The translations under genes were made by a program, and so were the position numbers. From Candidatus Omnitrophota bacterium (GTDB lineage Bacteria; Omnitrophota; Gorgyraeia; 2-01-FULL-45-10), in the NCBI GenBank assembly GCA_026387175.1, contig JAPLME010000012.1:69849-133848 (forward strand): a stretch of 64,000 nucleotides of DNA, written 5' to 3'. Positions 19,033 through 28,275 of the stretch are shown here, piece by piece. Below the pieces are notes generated by a model. That model was not told where the DNA came from, searched no databases, and saw nothing but the letters and a program-made list of their open reading frames with translations. Numbering within the stretch: position 1 is the first letter of the stretch; each line of letters starts with the position of its first letter.

Positions 19033-19871
19033 AGCTTACAATCGCAAAGAGCGCGGGTTTCTGTTTCGGCGTGAAGAGAGCGCTTGCTATCGCCCTCGAG
19101 GCCGCGAATCAGGGGCGTGAAGTCTATATGCTCGGCGACATCGTGCACAACGAAGTCGTTGTGGAGAAGATGAAGGCTTCCGGCATCAAGAAGATAGCCA
19201 AGCCGCTGAAAGGCGCAGGGAAGAGGGCGCTTCTTATCCGGGCGCATGGCGCCGGACGGTATACTATCGCGAGCGCCCGGCGCGCGGGATATGAGATCAT
19301 CGACGCGACGTGCCCGATGGTAAAAGAGATACACGCTATCGCAAAGTCCCTGGAACAGGATAAGCGGACGGTCATAATCATAGGCGATAAAAAGCACGAT
19401 GAGGTCCGCGGCATAATTGGCCAGCTTAATAATAAACCCGTCATTATAAGCTCACGCTCGGACGTTTTCCGTAAAGCGCTACAACATATCGATAGGGCCG
19501 GCGTTGTTGTCCAATCGACACAGGAAGAGGCGAAGGTGCTCGATATCGTCAGCGCCTTACGAAAACGCGTAAAAGATCTCGTCTTTAAAAATACAATATG
19601 TAATCCTACCAGGATAAAACAGAAAGAAGCTAAAAGCCTTCCCGCGGAAAACGGTGTCGTGATAGTGGTCGGGTCCAAGTCGAGCGCGAATACGAAACGC
19701 CTTTATCAGATAGCCAGGTCCCTTAACAAAAGAACTTACTGGGTGAATTCTCCGGGCGAGATCAAGCCCGCATGGTTTAAAGGCGCAAAATCGGTTGGTA
19801 TTACCGCCGGAGCGTCCACTCCGGAAAGTTCGATAAGAGATGTCGTAAAAAGCATATGCTTAATAAGTTAA
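19029..19871 (+). CDS. ispH: 4-hydroxy-3-methylbut-2-enyl diphosphate reductase
   Basis: AGFCFGVKRA, IVHN, RAHG, DATCP, NTICNPT, SANTKRL, GITAGASTP. Confidence 0.96.
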   Translation: MKLTIAKSAGFCFGVKRALAIALEAANQGREVYMLGDIVHNEVVVEKMKASGIKKIAKPLKGAGKRALLIRAHGAGRYTIASARRAGYEIIDATCPMVKEIHAIAKSLEQDKRTVIIIGDKKHDEVRGIIGQLNNKPVIISSRSDVFRKALQHIDRAGVVVQSTQEEAKVLDIVSALRKRVKDLVFKNTICNPTRIKQKEAKSLPAENGVVIVVGSKSSANTKRLYQIARSLNKRTYWVNSPGEIKPAWFKGAKSVGITAGASTPESSIRDVVKSICLIS

Positions 19872-20569
19872 AGAAGGATCTGCGTGCTCAGGCGGATCCT
19901 GAGAAAGCAAAGATACTTCAGCGGTTCTTCAAAACAGCCGCGGGAGAGTACGGAGAAGGCGATGTATTTTTAGGCCTTGTGGTCCCGAAGATAAGGGCTC
20001 TGTCAAAAAAATACGCCCACCTCGATATCCGCAACACCGAAATATTATTAAGATCGCCTATTCATGAGGAAAGGCTCTCGGCCCTACTCATACTTGTATT
20101 GAAATTTGAGAAAGGCAGCGCCCGGGAGAAGGCGGAGATATACCGGACCTATCTGAAAAATACCGAATACATAAATAGCTGGGACCTTGTGGACCTTACC
20201 GCCGACCGTATTGCGGGCGCGTTTCTGAAAGACAGAGATAAGGCCATTTTATATAAACTCGCCCGTTCTGAGAATATGTGGGAACGCCGCATAGCGATAA
20301 TAGCGACGTTCCATTTTATCAAGAACGGTTCATTCAGGCATACATTCGCGATCGCGAAAGTCCTTCTCAGCGACGATCATGACCTGATCCATAAGGCTGT
20401 CGGATGGATGCTTCGGGAAACAGGGAAGCGCATTGATATGGCTGCCGAAGAACGTTTTTTGGAAAATTATTATAAGAAGATGCCGCGTACTATGCTGCGT
20501 TACGCGATCGAACGTTTTCCGGAATCAAAACGTAAAGCCTACCTGAAGGGGCGCGGTCCCCGGACATAA
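19856..20569 (+). CDS. DNA alkylation repair protein (AlkD family)
   Basis: FFKT..GEYGEGD.FLG, INSWDLVD, WERR, LIHKAVGWMLRE, MPRTMLRYAIE. Confidence 0.9.
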   Translation: MLNKLKKDLRAQADPEKAKILQRFFKTAAGEYGEGDVFLGLVVPKIRALSKKYAHLDIRNTEILLRSPIHEERLSALLILVLKFEKGSAREKAEIYRTYLKNTEYINSWDLVDLTADRIAGAFLKDRDKAILYKLARSENMWERRIAIIATFHFIKNGSFRHTFAIAKVLLSDDHDLIHKAVGWMLRETGKRIDMAAEERFLENYYKKMPRTMLRYAIERFPESKRKAYLKGRGPRT

Positions 20570-20600
20570 AAAAGAGCGGCAGTGATGCCGCTCTTTTTTA
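20568..20600. terminator. Bidirectional intrinsic terminator between convergent genes
   Basis: AAAAAAGAGCGGCA-GTGA-TGCCGCTCTTTTTT. Confidence 0.85.
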
Positions 20601-20617
20601 TTTATATGAAGAAACGA

Positions 20618-20971
20618 TTAATAATCATCCCCTGTTGTAGCCTGCTCCGCAGTATCAGAAACCGCTTCAACGGTATTACCGGCTGCGTCGGTTACACCCT
20701 TGGTAACCTTTGCGGCAGTATCAGAAACAGCGGTGACAGCGTCACCGGTCTTTCCGGTCACTTCCTTAGTGGCATTTACGGTAGTGTCGGAAACGGTGCT
20801 TACTGTATCGCCGGTCACTTCGCCGACTTTCTTTGTGGTATCCGCGGCGGCAGAGACTACTTTACCGACCGGGCCCTTCTTATCCTGGTCCACAGCCATG
20901 GCGCATACGGTCATTACAAACATGCCGATCACCAATACCATGACTAAACTCATTAAACGCTTCATTCTCAC
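20618..20971 (-). CDS. Secreted low-complexity protein with ~11/22-aa Thr/Asp/Val repeats
   Basis: SD GGGGGTG, signal peptide, repeats like VSDTAAKVTKGVTD; converges on the bidirectional terminator. Confidence 0.7.
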   Translation of the reverse strand: MRMKRLMSLVMVLVIGMFVMTVCAMAVDQDKKGPVGKVVSAAADTTKKVGEVTGDTVSTVSDTTVNATKEVTGKTGDAVTAVSDTAAKVTKGVTDAAGNTVEAVSDTAEQATTGDDY

Positions 20972-21072
20972 TCACCCCCTTTAAAATTAATGCGTATAGT
21001 ATATATCTTTTCCGAAACGAAAAGCAATAAATAAGTGAAATTTATCTTCAATGGTGATATATTGAGTACGAC

Positions 21073-21147
21073 GCGCCTGTAGCGTAACGGATAACGCGTT
21101 GGCCTCCGAAGCCATGTATGGCAGTTCGATTCTGCCCAGGCGCGCCA
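21073..21147 (+). tRNA. tRNA-Arg(CCG)
   Basis: Acceptor GCGCCTG/CAGGCGC, anticodon loop CT-CCG-AA, T-arm GGCAG-TTCGATT-CTGCC, encoded CCA. Confidence 0.92.
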
Positions 21148-21212
21148 TTTAAGCAAAATGTTGAATTTAGAATCACTTTGTATTAAAATATGAAAAACAG
21201 GAGAGGTGAGAT

Positions 21213-21602
21213 ATGAGAAAGTTGATTATAGCCATGCTGATACTTGCAGGCACCGCGTCTTTTTCTTTCGCTGATGAGGGCGAGCAATCGGCGGCTCAAG
21301 AGGCGCCTAAAAAAGTCATCAAAGAGGTGACGCTAAGGACCGGGTCTACTGATTTTGTCACAGGCAAAGTCGACAGCGTAATGCCCGCCGATCTATTGAC
21401 CAGGCCAAGGGCGAAGATCGTCATCGTCGATGGCTCCGGCAATTCACAGGAATTTGCCATTAAAACGCTTGCTGTTATATATGATTCAACCGGCCGTTTT
21501 TTGACCCTTAGCGATGTACATCCGGCTCAGGAAGTCCAAGTGAATTATATAACCAAAGCCGATAAAACAAGAGAAGCTGCCTCTATAAAGATCCTGAAGT
21601 AG
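21213..21602 (+). CDS. Small secreted OB-fold-like protein
   Basis: SD GAGGTG, signal peptide; GKVDSV.PAD.....IVIVD..G...F.IK..A.I......LTL......V.V.Y......A.SIKI closely parallels the 3193 ORF. Confidence 0.65.
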   Translation: MRKLIIAMLILAGTASFSFADEGEQSAAQEAPKKVIKEVTLRTGSTDFVTGKVDSVMPADLLTRPRAKIVIVDGSGNSQEFAIKTLAVIYDSTGRFLTLSDVHPAQEVQVNYITKADKTREAASIKILK

Positions 21603-21724
21603 CGCTTCATGAAGCCATAAGAGCTGTTTTTTCTTGAATAACCAGGTTTTTAAGTCTATACTATCCGAAAGCGATTAAATGATTAAAGATCAATTAATGA
21701 TTATAACCAGAAGAGAGGTATGAT

Positions 21725-22696
21725 ATGAAATCAAACAGGATCAGCCGGATAGTAATTTCATTGATGATATTTTCGTTCTTATCCGGTTCCGCGTTCGTGC
21801 TGGCCCAATCGTCGCGGGAAGATGGCCGGGCAAAGGATATGCAAAAATTACAGGAAAAGTTCAGCTGGTGGGGAACGAGCGACGCTCAGCCCGCTCCTGT
21901 AAGGGACGCCGAGAAGGGCGGTTACTGGTGGATGCCGAAACACCCCGGGCCCAAATCTCCGAAGAGATGGGGTAACGGCGGCTATATTTATGTCTATAAA
22001 ATAATTTTCGATTATAAAGAAGAGGAATTACCGCCCGCGAAGCCGAAAGAGATGAGGCCGTCATTGCTCATTAAGAAGATCATCAAGAACGTTAAAGTTT
22101 ATTTCGATTACGATAAAGCGGACATCAGGGACGATGCGGCGAAGATCCTGGCTAACGCGGCCGATCTTGTGAAGCGCAACGAGGGATCGAGCATACTTAT
22201 AAGCGGGAACTGCGACGCCCGCGGCAGCGAGAAGTATAATGAAAAGCTGGGCAAAAAGAGAGGCCAGGCCGTTAAAGATTACATGCTTGAGCACGGAGTG
22301 ACGGATGAGCGCATAAAGATCATAAGCCGCGGCAAGCTCGACGCCATAGCTCCGGTGACGGACCTCGAGGGAATGCAGAAGGACCGCAATGCCCAATTTA
22401 TGGTCGCGGAAGTGGAGGAAGTCATGATACCCGCTCCCGGCGAAGTCAAGGAGCCGGGCGCCGTATCCGTCGAAGAAGGCAAATATATGGTCGAGAAGGA
22501 AGAGACCGTAGAGTCGGAGCCGAAAGTTTCGACGAAAGAATATGTGACGAAGAAGGGCGATACCCTGTGGAAGATCGCCGAAGAGGTTTACGGAAACGGC
22601 CGTAAATGGAAGAATATATACCGTTTCAATAAAGATAAGATAAAAGATCCGAACCGCCTTAAGGCCGGAGTGACGCTTACTATACCTATCGAATAG
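21725..22696 (+). CDS. OmpA/Pal-like peptidoglycan-binding protein with C-terminal LysM domain
   Basis: VYFDYDKADI, GNCDARGS..YN..LG..R; YVTKKGDTLWKIA...YG...W..IY..N...I.DPN.L..G..L.IP. Confidence 0.9.
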   Translation: MKSNRISRIVISLMIFSFLSGSAFVLAQSSREDGRAKDMQKLQEKFSWWGTSDAQPAPVRDAEKGGYWWMPKHPGPKSPKRWGNGGYIYVYKIIFDYKEEELPPAKPKEMRPSLLIKKIIKNVKVYFDYDKADIRDDAAKILANAADLVKRNEGSSILISGNCDARGSEKYNEKLGKKRGQAVKDYMLEHGVTDERIKIISRGKLDAIAPVTDLEGMQKDRNAQFMVAEVEEVMIPAPGEVKEPGAVSVEEGKYMVEKEETVESEPKVSTKEYVTKKGDTLWKIAEEVYGNGRKWKNIYRFNKDKIKDPNRLKAGVTLTIPIE

Positions 22697-22699
22697 TCG

Positions 22700-23068
22700 A
22701 TGAGAAATATAGCGTTAATAGCGGCAGTCATAGTTATCATCTCCCCGGCTCAAATCCGGGCCGGGGGGATCGATTCACTGGTAGAGGTCGGTAAGTCGAT
22801 GGCCGATATTAACGCGGCTATGGACGAAGAGACCAGGGCTTTTAACCGTGTTAAAGAGGCAATCGATACCGGCATTATCAAAAAAGGCATATCGGAAGCC
22901 GAGGTCAGATCACGATGTGGAGAGCCCGTTATCGCGAATGACGACTCCGCTACCAAGAGAGAGAAATGGGTATATAAACCGGCCACCTCATCGTTCTTTA
23001 AAGGCATCCGCATATACCTCTTCTTTGATGATACGGGCGCTTTAGATGAGATCAGGACTTTGCAATAG
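22700..23068 (+). CDS. Secreted SmpA/BamE-like protein
   Basis: Signal peptide; IKKGISEAEV...GEP...EKWVY...LFFD..G.L. Confidence 0.55.
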   Translation: MRNIALIAAVIVIISPAQIRAGGIDSLVEVGKSMADINAAMDEETRAFNRVKEAIDTGIIKKGISEAEVRSRCGEPVIANDDSATKREKWVYKPATSSFFKGIRIYLFFDDTGALDEIRTLQ

Positions 23069-23182
23069 CGGCCATTGGCTCTTTTTTTGCTTATCCCAAG
23101 AACCTTCCGGCAATATGTCCGAATGTAAAATTCATTTACTATAGTATGTCGTGCTGATATACCAGAAAAAGGAGAGTTCCGT

Positions 23183-23503
23183 ATGGCAACATATGATGAT
23201 TTCAAAAAATTAGAATTCAAAGTAGCAAAAATTAAAGACGTGGTCGAACATCCGAACGCCGACAGGCTTTATATCGTGACGGTAGATCTTGGCGATAAGA
23301 CTAAACAGGTGATCGCGGGCATCAGGAACACGTATAAAAAAGAAGATCTGGTGGGCCGCCAGGTGGTTGTGGTGGACAATTTGGATCCAGCGGTCCTGCG
23401 GGGAGTCGAAAGTCAGGGCATGATACTGGCTGCCTCCGACGAGAACGGCAGTTCGATAGTGACTTTGGCCAGAGAAACGAAATTGGGAAGTATAGTAAAA
23501 TAG
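23183..23503 (+). CDS. Stand-alone tRNA-binding OB-fold protein (MetRS C-terminal/Trbp111/CsaA family)
   Basis: TYDDFKKLE, HPNADRL, QVIAGI, NL.PA.LRGVESQGMILAA. Confidence 0.9.
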   Translation: MATYDDFKKLEFKVAKIKDVVEHPNADRLYIVTVDLGDKTKQVIAGIRNTYKKEDLVGRQVVVVDNLDPAVLRGVESQGMILAASDENGSSIVTLARETKLGSIVK

Positions 23504-23513
23504 AGATATTGGG

Positions 23514-23590
23514 GCGCCCGTAGCTCAACTGGATAGAGTAACTGGCTACGAACCAGTAGGTTGGCCGTTCGAGCCGGCCCGGGCGCGCCA
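23514..23590 (+). tRNA. tRNA-Arg(ACG)
   Basis: Acceptor GCGCCCG/CGGGCGC, D-loop AACTGGATA, anticodon loop CT-ACG-AA, TTCGAGC T-loop, CCA end. Confidence 0.95.
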
Positions 23591-23605
23591 TCCTCCTTCG
23601 CAGAA

Positions 23606-24070
23606 ATGAATATGCCTATTAGCGATAACATATATATGTCGGAGGCTATTAAGGAAGCGGTGAAGGCGTTCGACGCCGACGAGGTGCCCGTCGGAGCTGT
23701 CATTGTGCATAACGGCAGGGTCATTGCCAGGGCGCATAACCAGATTAAGCTATTGAAGGATCCTACGGCGCATGCCGAGATGATAGCTATCACACAGGCC
23801 GCCTCTCATCTTTCCAGCGAACGGCTATTGGAAACCACTTTATATTCTACGGTCGAGCCCTGCGCGATGTGCGCCGGGGCGATGGTTTTGGGCAGGATCA
23901 AAAGGCTGGTATACGGCGCCGAAGATCCCAAGACGGGCGCCTCCGGATCCGTCATGAATGTCGTGAATAACAGGAAATTGAACCACAGGATATCCGTGGT
24001 TAAAGGTGTGATGGAGAAAGAGAGTTCAGCTCTTCTTAAAGAGTTCTTCGCCTTAAAGAGAAAGAAATAG
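23606..24070 (+). CDS. tadA: tRNA adenosine(34) deaminase
   Basis: EVPVGAVIV, DPTAHAE, LYSTVEPCAMCAGA, DPKTGA..S, LNH. Start moved to ATG 23606 (or 23612) because the track start overlaps the tRNA. Confidence 0.95.
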   Translation: MNMPISDNIYMSEAIKEAVKAFDADEVPVGAVIVHNGRVIARAHNQIKLLKDPTAHAEMIAITQAASHLSSERLLETTLYSTVEPCAMCAGAMVLGRIKRLVYGAEDPKTGASGSVMNVVNNRKLNHRISVVKGVMEKESSALLKEFFALKRKK

Positions 24071-24101
24071 AGCCGTTTCATTTTTTCATGGAGGGAGCTA
24101 T

Positions 24102-24533
24102 ATGAAGAGAATCGCTTATATTTTTTTTGCGGTTTGTCTCATTGGATTAATCCCGATTCAGTGTCCGGCCGAGGATCAAAGCGGAATGGAATATGGTGAT
24201 ACCCCTGCTTCACCTGATGGCACTTATACCACTGCCTCGCCTGATAGTACCTATGCCTCATCTGATAACAAAGAAGCCAATATAGAGATACCTCCGGGTA
24301 TGGAGCTGAGGATGATGGGCAGTATCAAGATGATAGTACCGAAGGGCACCCAGCTCCACAAAAAAGGCAGCCTCGTGGTTATGGAGGGGCCGGATGAATA
24401 CGCGGCCAGGAATATCTACGAGATGAACGGCCGTCTCGTGGGGCTGGAAGCGCGGCAGCTGAATATCGAAAAGGAGCTGGAAGGTTTAAGGCAGGCCGTA
24501 TTAAAACAGCAGAAGAAACCCGCCGGTCAATAG
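24102..24533 (+). CDS. Hypothetical secreted protein with C-terminal coiled coil
   Basis: SD GGAGGG, signal peptide, short ASPD(G/S)TY duplication. Confidence 0.6.
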   Translation: MKRIAYIFFAVCLIGLIPIQCPAEDQSGMEYGDTPASPDGTYTTASPDSTYASSDNKEANIEIPPGMELRMMGSIKMIVPKGTQLHKKGSLVVMEGPDEYAARNIYEMNGRLVGLEARQLNIEKELEGLRQAVLKQQKKPAGQ

Positions 24534-24708
24534 CCGCCGGCCCGGACTTTATTGTTTGACATCCCACCGTCGTTAATATAGAATAATTTCACTATAATAT
24601 ACAATAAAATGGCTAATAAACGAAGATTACTCATCGGATCGTCATTCCAGAGAAAAGACCTAATTTTTTCTTTCCACTCAAAAACTAAGCGCTTGAGGAG
24701 GTAATATC

Positions 24709-25089
24709 ATGACAGGAGTCGGTATGGGAGAGCTCATCTGGTTAATATTAGCTGTCCTGTTAGGGCTGGGTGTGGTTATCGCCTGGATCATTAAAGCCGA
24801 GATAAGCCGCAACTTTTTCAGGCTTGAGGTAAAAAAATTAAGATCGCAATTGGAATCTTCGGATCGCGAGAAGGTCGTGATGATCGAGGAGATGCAGGCT
24901 TTTAAAGAAAGCGCCGGCGCGCCCGTGAATACCGGCACCCCGAGTGATGCGGACCCCGGAAAAATGATGATCGGCAAAATGGTGGAGAGGACCGGGGAGC
25001 TTGAGAAGGAGAACGAGAGGCTAAAGAAAGAACTTAGCGAGGCGAAGAGCTCGCTGGAAGAAGTTTATAAGGCGCTATGCAGTAAGTAG
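24709..25089 (+). CDS. Membrane-anchored coiled-coil protein
   Basis: SD GAGGAGG, one N-terminal TM, heptad-rich remainder. Confidence 0.7.
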   Translation: MTGVGMGELIWLILAVLLGLGVVIAWIIKAEISRNFFRLEVKKLRSQLESSDREKVVMIEEMQAFKESAGAPVNTGTPSDADPGKMMIGKMVERTGELEKENERLKKELSEAKSSLEEVYKALCSK

Positions 25090-25108
25090 GGCCCCGGAGA
25101 CCAAGAGT

Positions 25109-26941
25109 ATGGAAATAAGCGATATGAAGAGACAGATCCTGGAGAAGCTCAAAGAGAAGCGCTCGAGCGCTCCGGCCGTTGTCGATACCGGGAAACCGGC
25201 TATAAGCCGGGAGGAGATATTAAACGCGATAAAGAGGCCGTTCGGCACATTGCGGCCCGAAGGACGTATTGTCATAAAGAAAGACGAGGAGCTTTTAAAA
25301 CGATACGAGAGTCTTAAGGCAGAGCTGGATCGGAAGACCGCCGTTGTTCAGGATCTGGAGAGGCGCTTGAAAGAGGAAAAAGGCCGCGCAGCCGCATTAG
25401 CCGAGACCGTGAAAGCCAGAGATGATAAGGCCGCCCATGCCAGCAGGTTATCCAAAGAGCTTGAAGATATCAGGAAGATCAGCGAGGAACAGCGCTTAAG
25501 ACACGAGAACCTGCAGGCCGAGCACAAGAAAGCGACGCTGAGCAGGGACGAGACGGCGAAGCTGCTCAAGATACTGCGTTCCGAGGCCGATGTGAAGGAG
25601 CGGACCATTCGCGACCTCCAGAAAAAAGTAACGAGGCTGGATGAGCTGGAAGAGATGCTTCGAGTAAAGAATAATAAGACGGCGGAGACAGCGAAGGTAT
25701 ATAAAGAACTTGAAGAAGCCAAGAAGCTGAACGATGAATACCGGGCGAAGATAGAAAGCGTTCGGGCGGAAAAGCGCGATGAAGAGGCGTTGCGGAGCGA
25801 AAAGATCAAAGACGAGCTGGTGCGTAAAGACGCGTTTGTACTGGATCTGCAAAAGAAATTCGCGACCGAGATCGATGAAATTACGAAGGACCGGGACAGG
25901 ACCGCATCGAATGTGGAATCGTTAAGATCAAAGCTTTACGCCGCGACAAAAGAGATAAAAGAGCAGAGCGTTAAGATGTCGCAGCTTGAAGAAGCCTCGA
26001 GGGCTAAGGACAAAAGGATACTGGAGACGGAGAAGCTGCATGCGGCGCTTGATCTCGCGAAGAGCGAGATGGAATCGAAGCTTCTGGCGGCCGAAAATGA
26101 TAATAAAAATCTCAATGAGAGGTACGCCAAGTCAAATGATGAGCTTGGGGCCGGCATAACCAGGATAGAGCAGGCCGAGAAATCTTATAAGGAGCTTGAG
26201 GCCTCTTATGGCGAGATCAGTTCCGAGCTCCAGGCAAGCCTTCGCGGCAAGAAAGAGCTCGAGGCTAAACTTGAGCAGGCGCATATAGAGCTGGAAGCGA
26301 AGACGACCCGCCTTGCGGAGGCCGATAAATTATATAAAGAGCTCGACTCAAGCGTGCGCGAGTTGACATCGAAACTTCAGGCAAACCAGCACCACACTAA
26401 AGAGGTGGAGGCCTCTAATGAAGATCTTGCGCTCAGGCTTTCAAACGCTAATCGCGATAGAAAAGAGTTTGAGGCGCGCATAACCGAGCTCGAATCAGAA
26501 GCCGAAGCAAAAACAGTTCGTCTTGAGAGCGCGGATAAATTACACAAGGAACTGGAATCTATAATAAAGGACGCTGAAGCGAAGCTTCAGGCGAGCCAGC
26601 ACAGGGTCGGTGATCTGGAAAAGGAAACGGCTCTTCTTGCGGAATCGTTGAAGGCCTCCAATCTTAAGCTGAAAGAAGTTGAGGATGAAGCGAAGAGTGA
26701 GATGGAGAAGCTTCGCGCGGAGCTGGGACCTCTCAAGAATACCGTTATACAAAAAGAGAAGAATGAGCTTGAGCTTAGAAGTTCAATAGAACATCTAGAG
26801 GTCGAGATGCAGGCGCGCGATTCTAAGATCGAAGGAGATCTTAGATATACCGAAAAGGTCATAAAAGAGATCAGCGAACTTCGTAAGAAAGTGGCGGCCC
26901 TTCAGAGGCAATCCGAGAGGACAAAGAGTGCAGGCGCTTAA
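25109..26941 (+). CDS. Long coiled-coil protein (610 aa)
   Basis: E/K/L/A-rich heptads; internal repeat ELEAKTTRLAEADKLYKELD / EAEAKTVRLESADKLHKELE; no ATPase motif. Confidence 0.8.
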   Translation: MEISDMKRQILEKLKEKRSSAPAVVDTGKPAISREEILNAIKRPFGTLRPEGRIVIKKDEELLKRYESLKAELDRKTAVVQDLERRLKEEKGRAAALAETVKARDDKAAHASRLSKELEDIRKISEEQRLRHENLQAEHKKATLSRDETAKLLKILRSEADVKERTIRDLQKKVTRLDELEEMLRVKNNKTAETAKVYKELEEAKKLNDEYRAKIESVRAEKRDEEALRSEKIKDELVRKDAFVLDLQKKFATEIDEITKDRDRTASNVESLRSKLYAATKEIKEQSVKMSQLEEASRAKDKRILETEKLHAALDLAKSEMESKLLAAENDNKNLNERYAKSNDELGAGITRIEQAEKSYKELEASYGEISSELQASLRGKKELEAKLEQAHIELEAKTTRLAEADKLYKELDSSVRELTSKLQANQHHTKEVEASNEDLALRLSNANRDRKEFEARITELESEAEAKTVRLESADKLHKELESIIKDAEAKLQASQHRVGDLEKETALLAESLKASNLKLKEVEDEAKSEMEKLRAELGPLKNTVIQKEKNELELRSSIEHLEVEMQARDSKIEGDLRYTEKVIKEISELRKKVAALQRQSERTKSAGA

Positions 26942-27761
26942 CGGCAAACTGGACAAGATGTTTGGATGGTGGAAGGGAGAGTTTTCCGTCACAAGCGGCA
27001 AGACCGCCAAGAAACAGCTTTTCCTGAACTATAAGGGCGGTACCGGCAAAACCTCTATATCCGCGGCATATGGATATTATCTTGCGATGACGGGAAAGAG
27101 AGTGCTGATGATAGACCTGGACGCCCAGGCGCACCTGACCACCTGTTTAAACCAGAAGACCGCGCGCCATGAGAAGAGCCTGTACAGCGTGCTGATACGT
27201 TCCGCGCGGATCTCGGACGTCATAGTCGGCACGTCTCTGCCTACGCTGAAGCTTGCGCCGTCATCAATATCGCTCTCGGCTCTAGAGATGCCTTTATTCA
27301 AGATGCCGTACAGAGAATTCAGGTTACGCCGCGCGATAAAAGAGATAGAGCGCGAATTCGACTTCATAATAATAGACTCGAGCCCCAATATAGGGCTCGT
27401 AAGCCTGAACGCTATACTCGCCTCGAACGAGATACTGGTGCCTCTTCTCGCGGATTTTCTCTCGTTTCACGGGCTCAAGATACTTATGGAGACGCTCGCT
27501 TCGGTGCAGGACGATTTTAATTTTTATTTCAAAAAAATTAATATATTTTTAAACAGGTTTAACCCCGGCTACTCTATATGCAATGAATGCCTGGAAGCCG
27601 TGCGTAAGTATTATCCGGGTTATGCGCTCAAGACGGTAATAGAAGAATCGCATGAGATGATGGATGCCTCGAGCTTCGGAAAATCGATATTCGAGTTCAG
27701 TCCGGATTCGAAAGCCGCCCAAAATATTAAAGATCTTGTGCGGGAAGTCAACGGAATCTAA
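26928..27761 (+). CDS. ParA/Soj/MinD-family ATPase (orphan)
   Basis: Deviant Walker A YKGGTGKTS, IDLDAQ, IIIDSSP. No parB nearby. Start uncertain (GTG 26928 or ATG 26958). Confidence 0.9.
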   Translation: MQALNGKLDKMFGWWKGEFSVTSGKTAKKQLFLNYKGGTGKTSISAAYGYYLAMTGKRVLMIDLDAQAHLTTCLNQKTARHEKSLYSVLIRSARISDVIVGTSLPTLKLAPSSISLSALEMPLFKMPYREFRLRRAIKEIEREFDFIIIDSSPNIGLVSLNAILASNEILVPLLADFLSFHGLKILMETLASVQDDFNFYFKKINIFLNRFNPGYSICNECLEAVRKYYPGYALKTVIEESHEMMDASSFGKSIFEFSPDSKAAQNIKDLVREVNGI

Positions 27762-27797
27762 TCTGGTTAGAGACTCAAGAATTCAAGGGAGATCGTT

Positions 27798-28250
27798 ATG
27801 AAAACAAAGTTCGATGATAACGTCGCGCAGAATATACCGGTAACTAAAAATTCCGCCGAGCCGGAGCTGCCATGGAAGCTTTCCGAATCGGAGATAACCC
27901 GGATAGAAGCTACCGACGAGGAACATAAGAGCGCGATAACGGCCCCCCCGCTGCATGTGAGGGCGATATTCGTGGTGCTTTTGGTGCTCACCATATTCGT
28001 TGTGATACTGAACAGCGTAGTCAATATGACCATCGATAACGCCGAGATGAGGCTTAATATGTCAAAAAAAGAGAAACAGGTCGTCTCTATACAGACTGCG
28101 CTGACGAATGCCGCGAGCGAAAAAGCGGCCCTGAGCGATACCGCCGCAAAGCTTGAAAAACGCGTCAGTGATCTTAACGCTCAGAAAGAACTCTACACCG
28201 CGGTCATAGAGACATTGACAAAAAAGACGGATGATACACAGACCAACTAA
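27798..28250 (+). CDS. Bitopic membrane protein with C-terminal coiled coil
   Basis: Single TM AIFVVLLVLTIFVVIL followed by heptads. Confidence 0.65.
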   Translation: MKTKFDDNVAQNIPVTKNSAEPELPWKLSESEITRIEATDEEHKSAITAPPLHVRAIFVVLLVLTIFVVILNSVVNMTIDNAEMRLNMSKKEKQVVSIQTALTNAASEKAALSDTAAKLEKRVSDLNAQKELYTAVIETLTKKTDDTQTN

Positions 28251-28275
28251 AACCTAAACTAAACCCCGGGGGTCT

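Noticed and set aside
20582-20984. Plus-strand ORFs 20582-20947 and 20700-20984
   Set aside because: The minus-strand ORF has an SD and signal peptide and fits the bidirectional terminator.
21073-23590. tRNA-anchored genomic island or prophage
   Set aside because: No integrase, transposase or phage gene and no duplicated tRNA 3' end were seen.
23561-23605. Track start for tadA
   Set aside because: It overlaps tRNA-Arg(ACG); ATG 23606 or 23612 gives a normal TadA length.
25109-26941. SMC or Wadjet-type ATPase
   Set aside because: No Walker A/B, signature or hinge motifs; it is coiled coil only.
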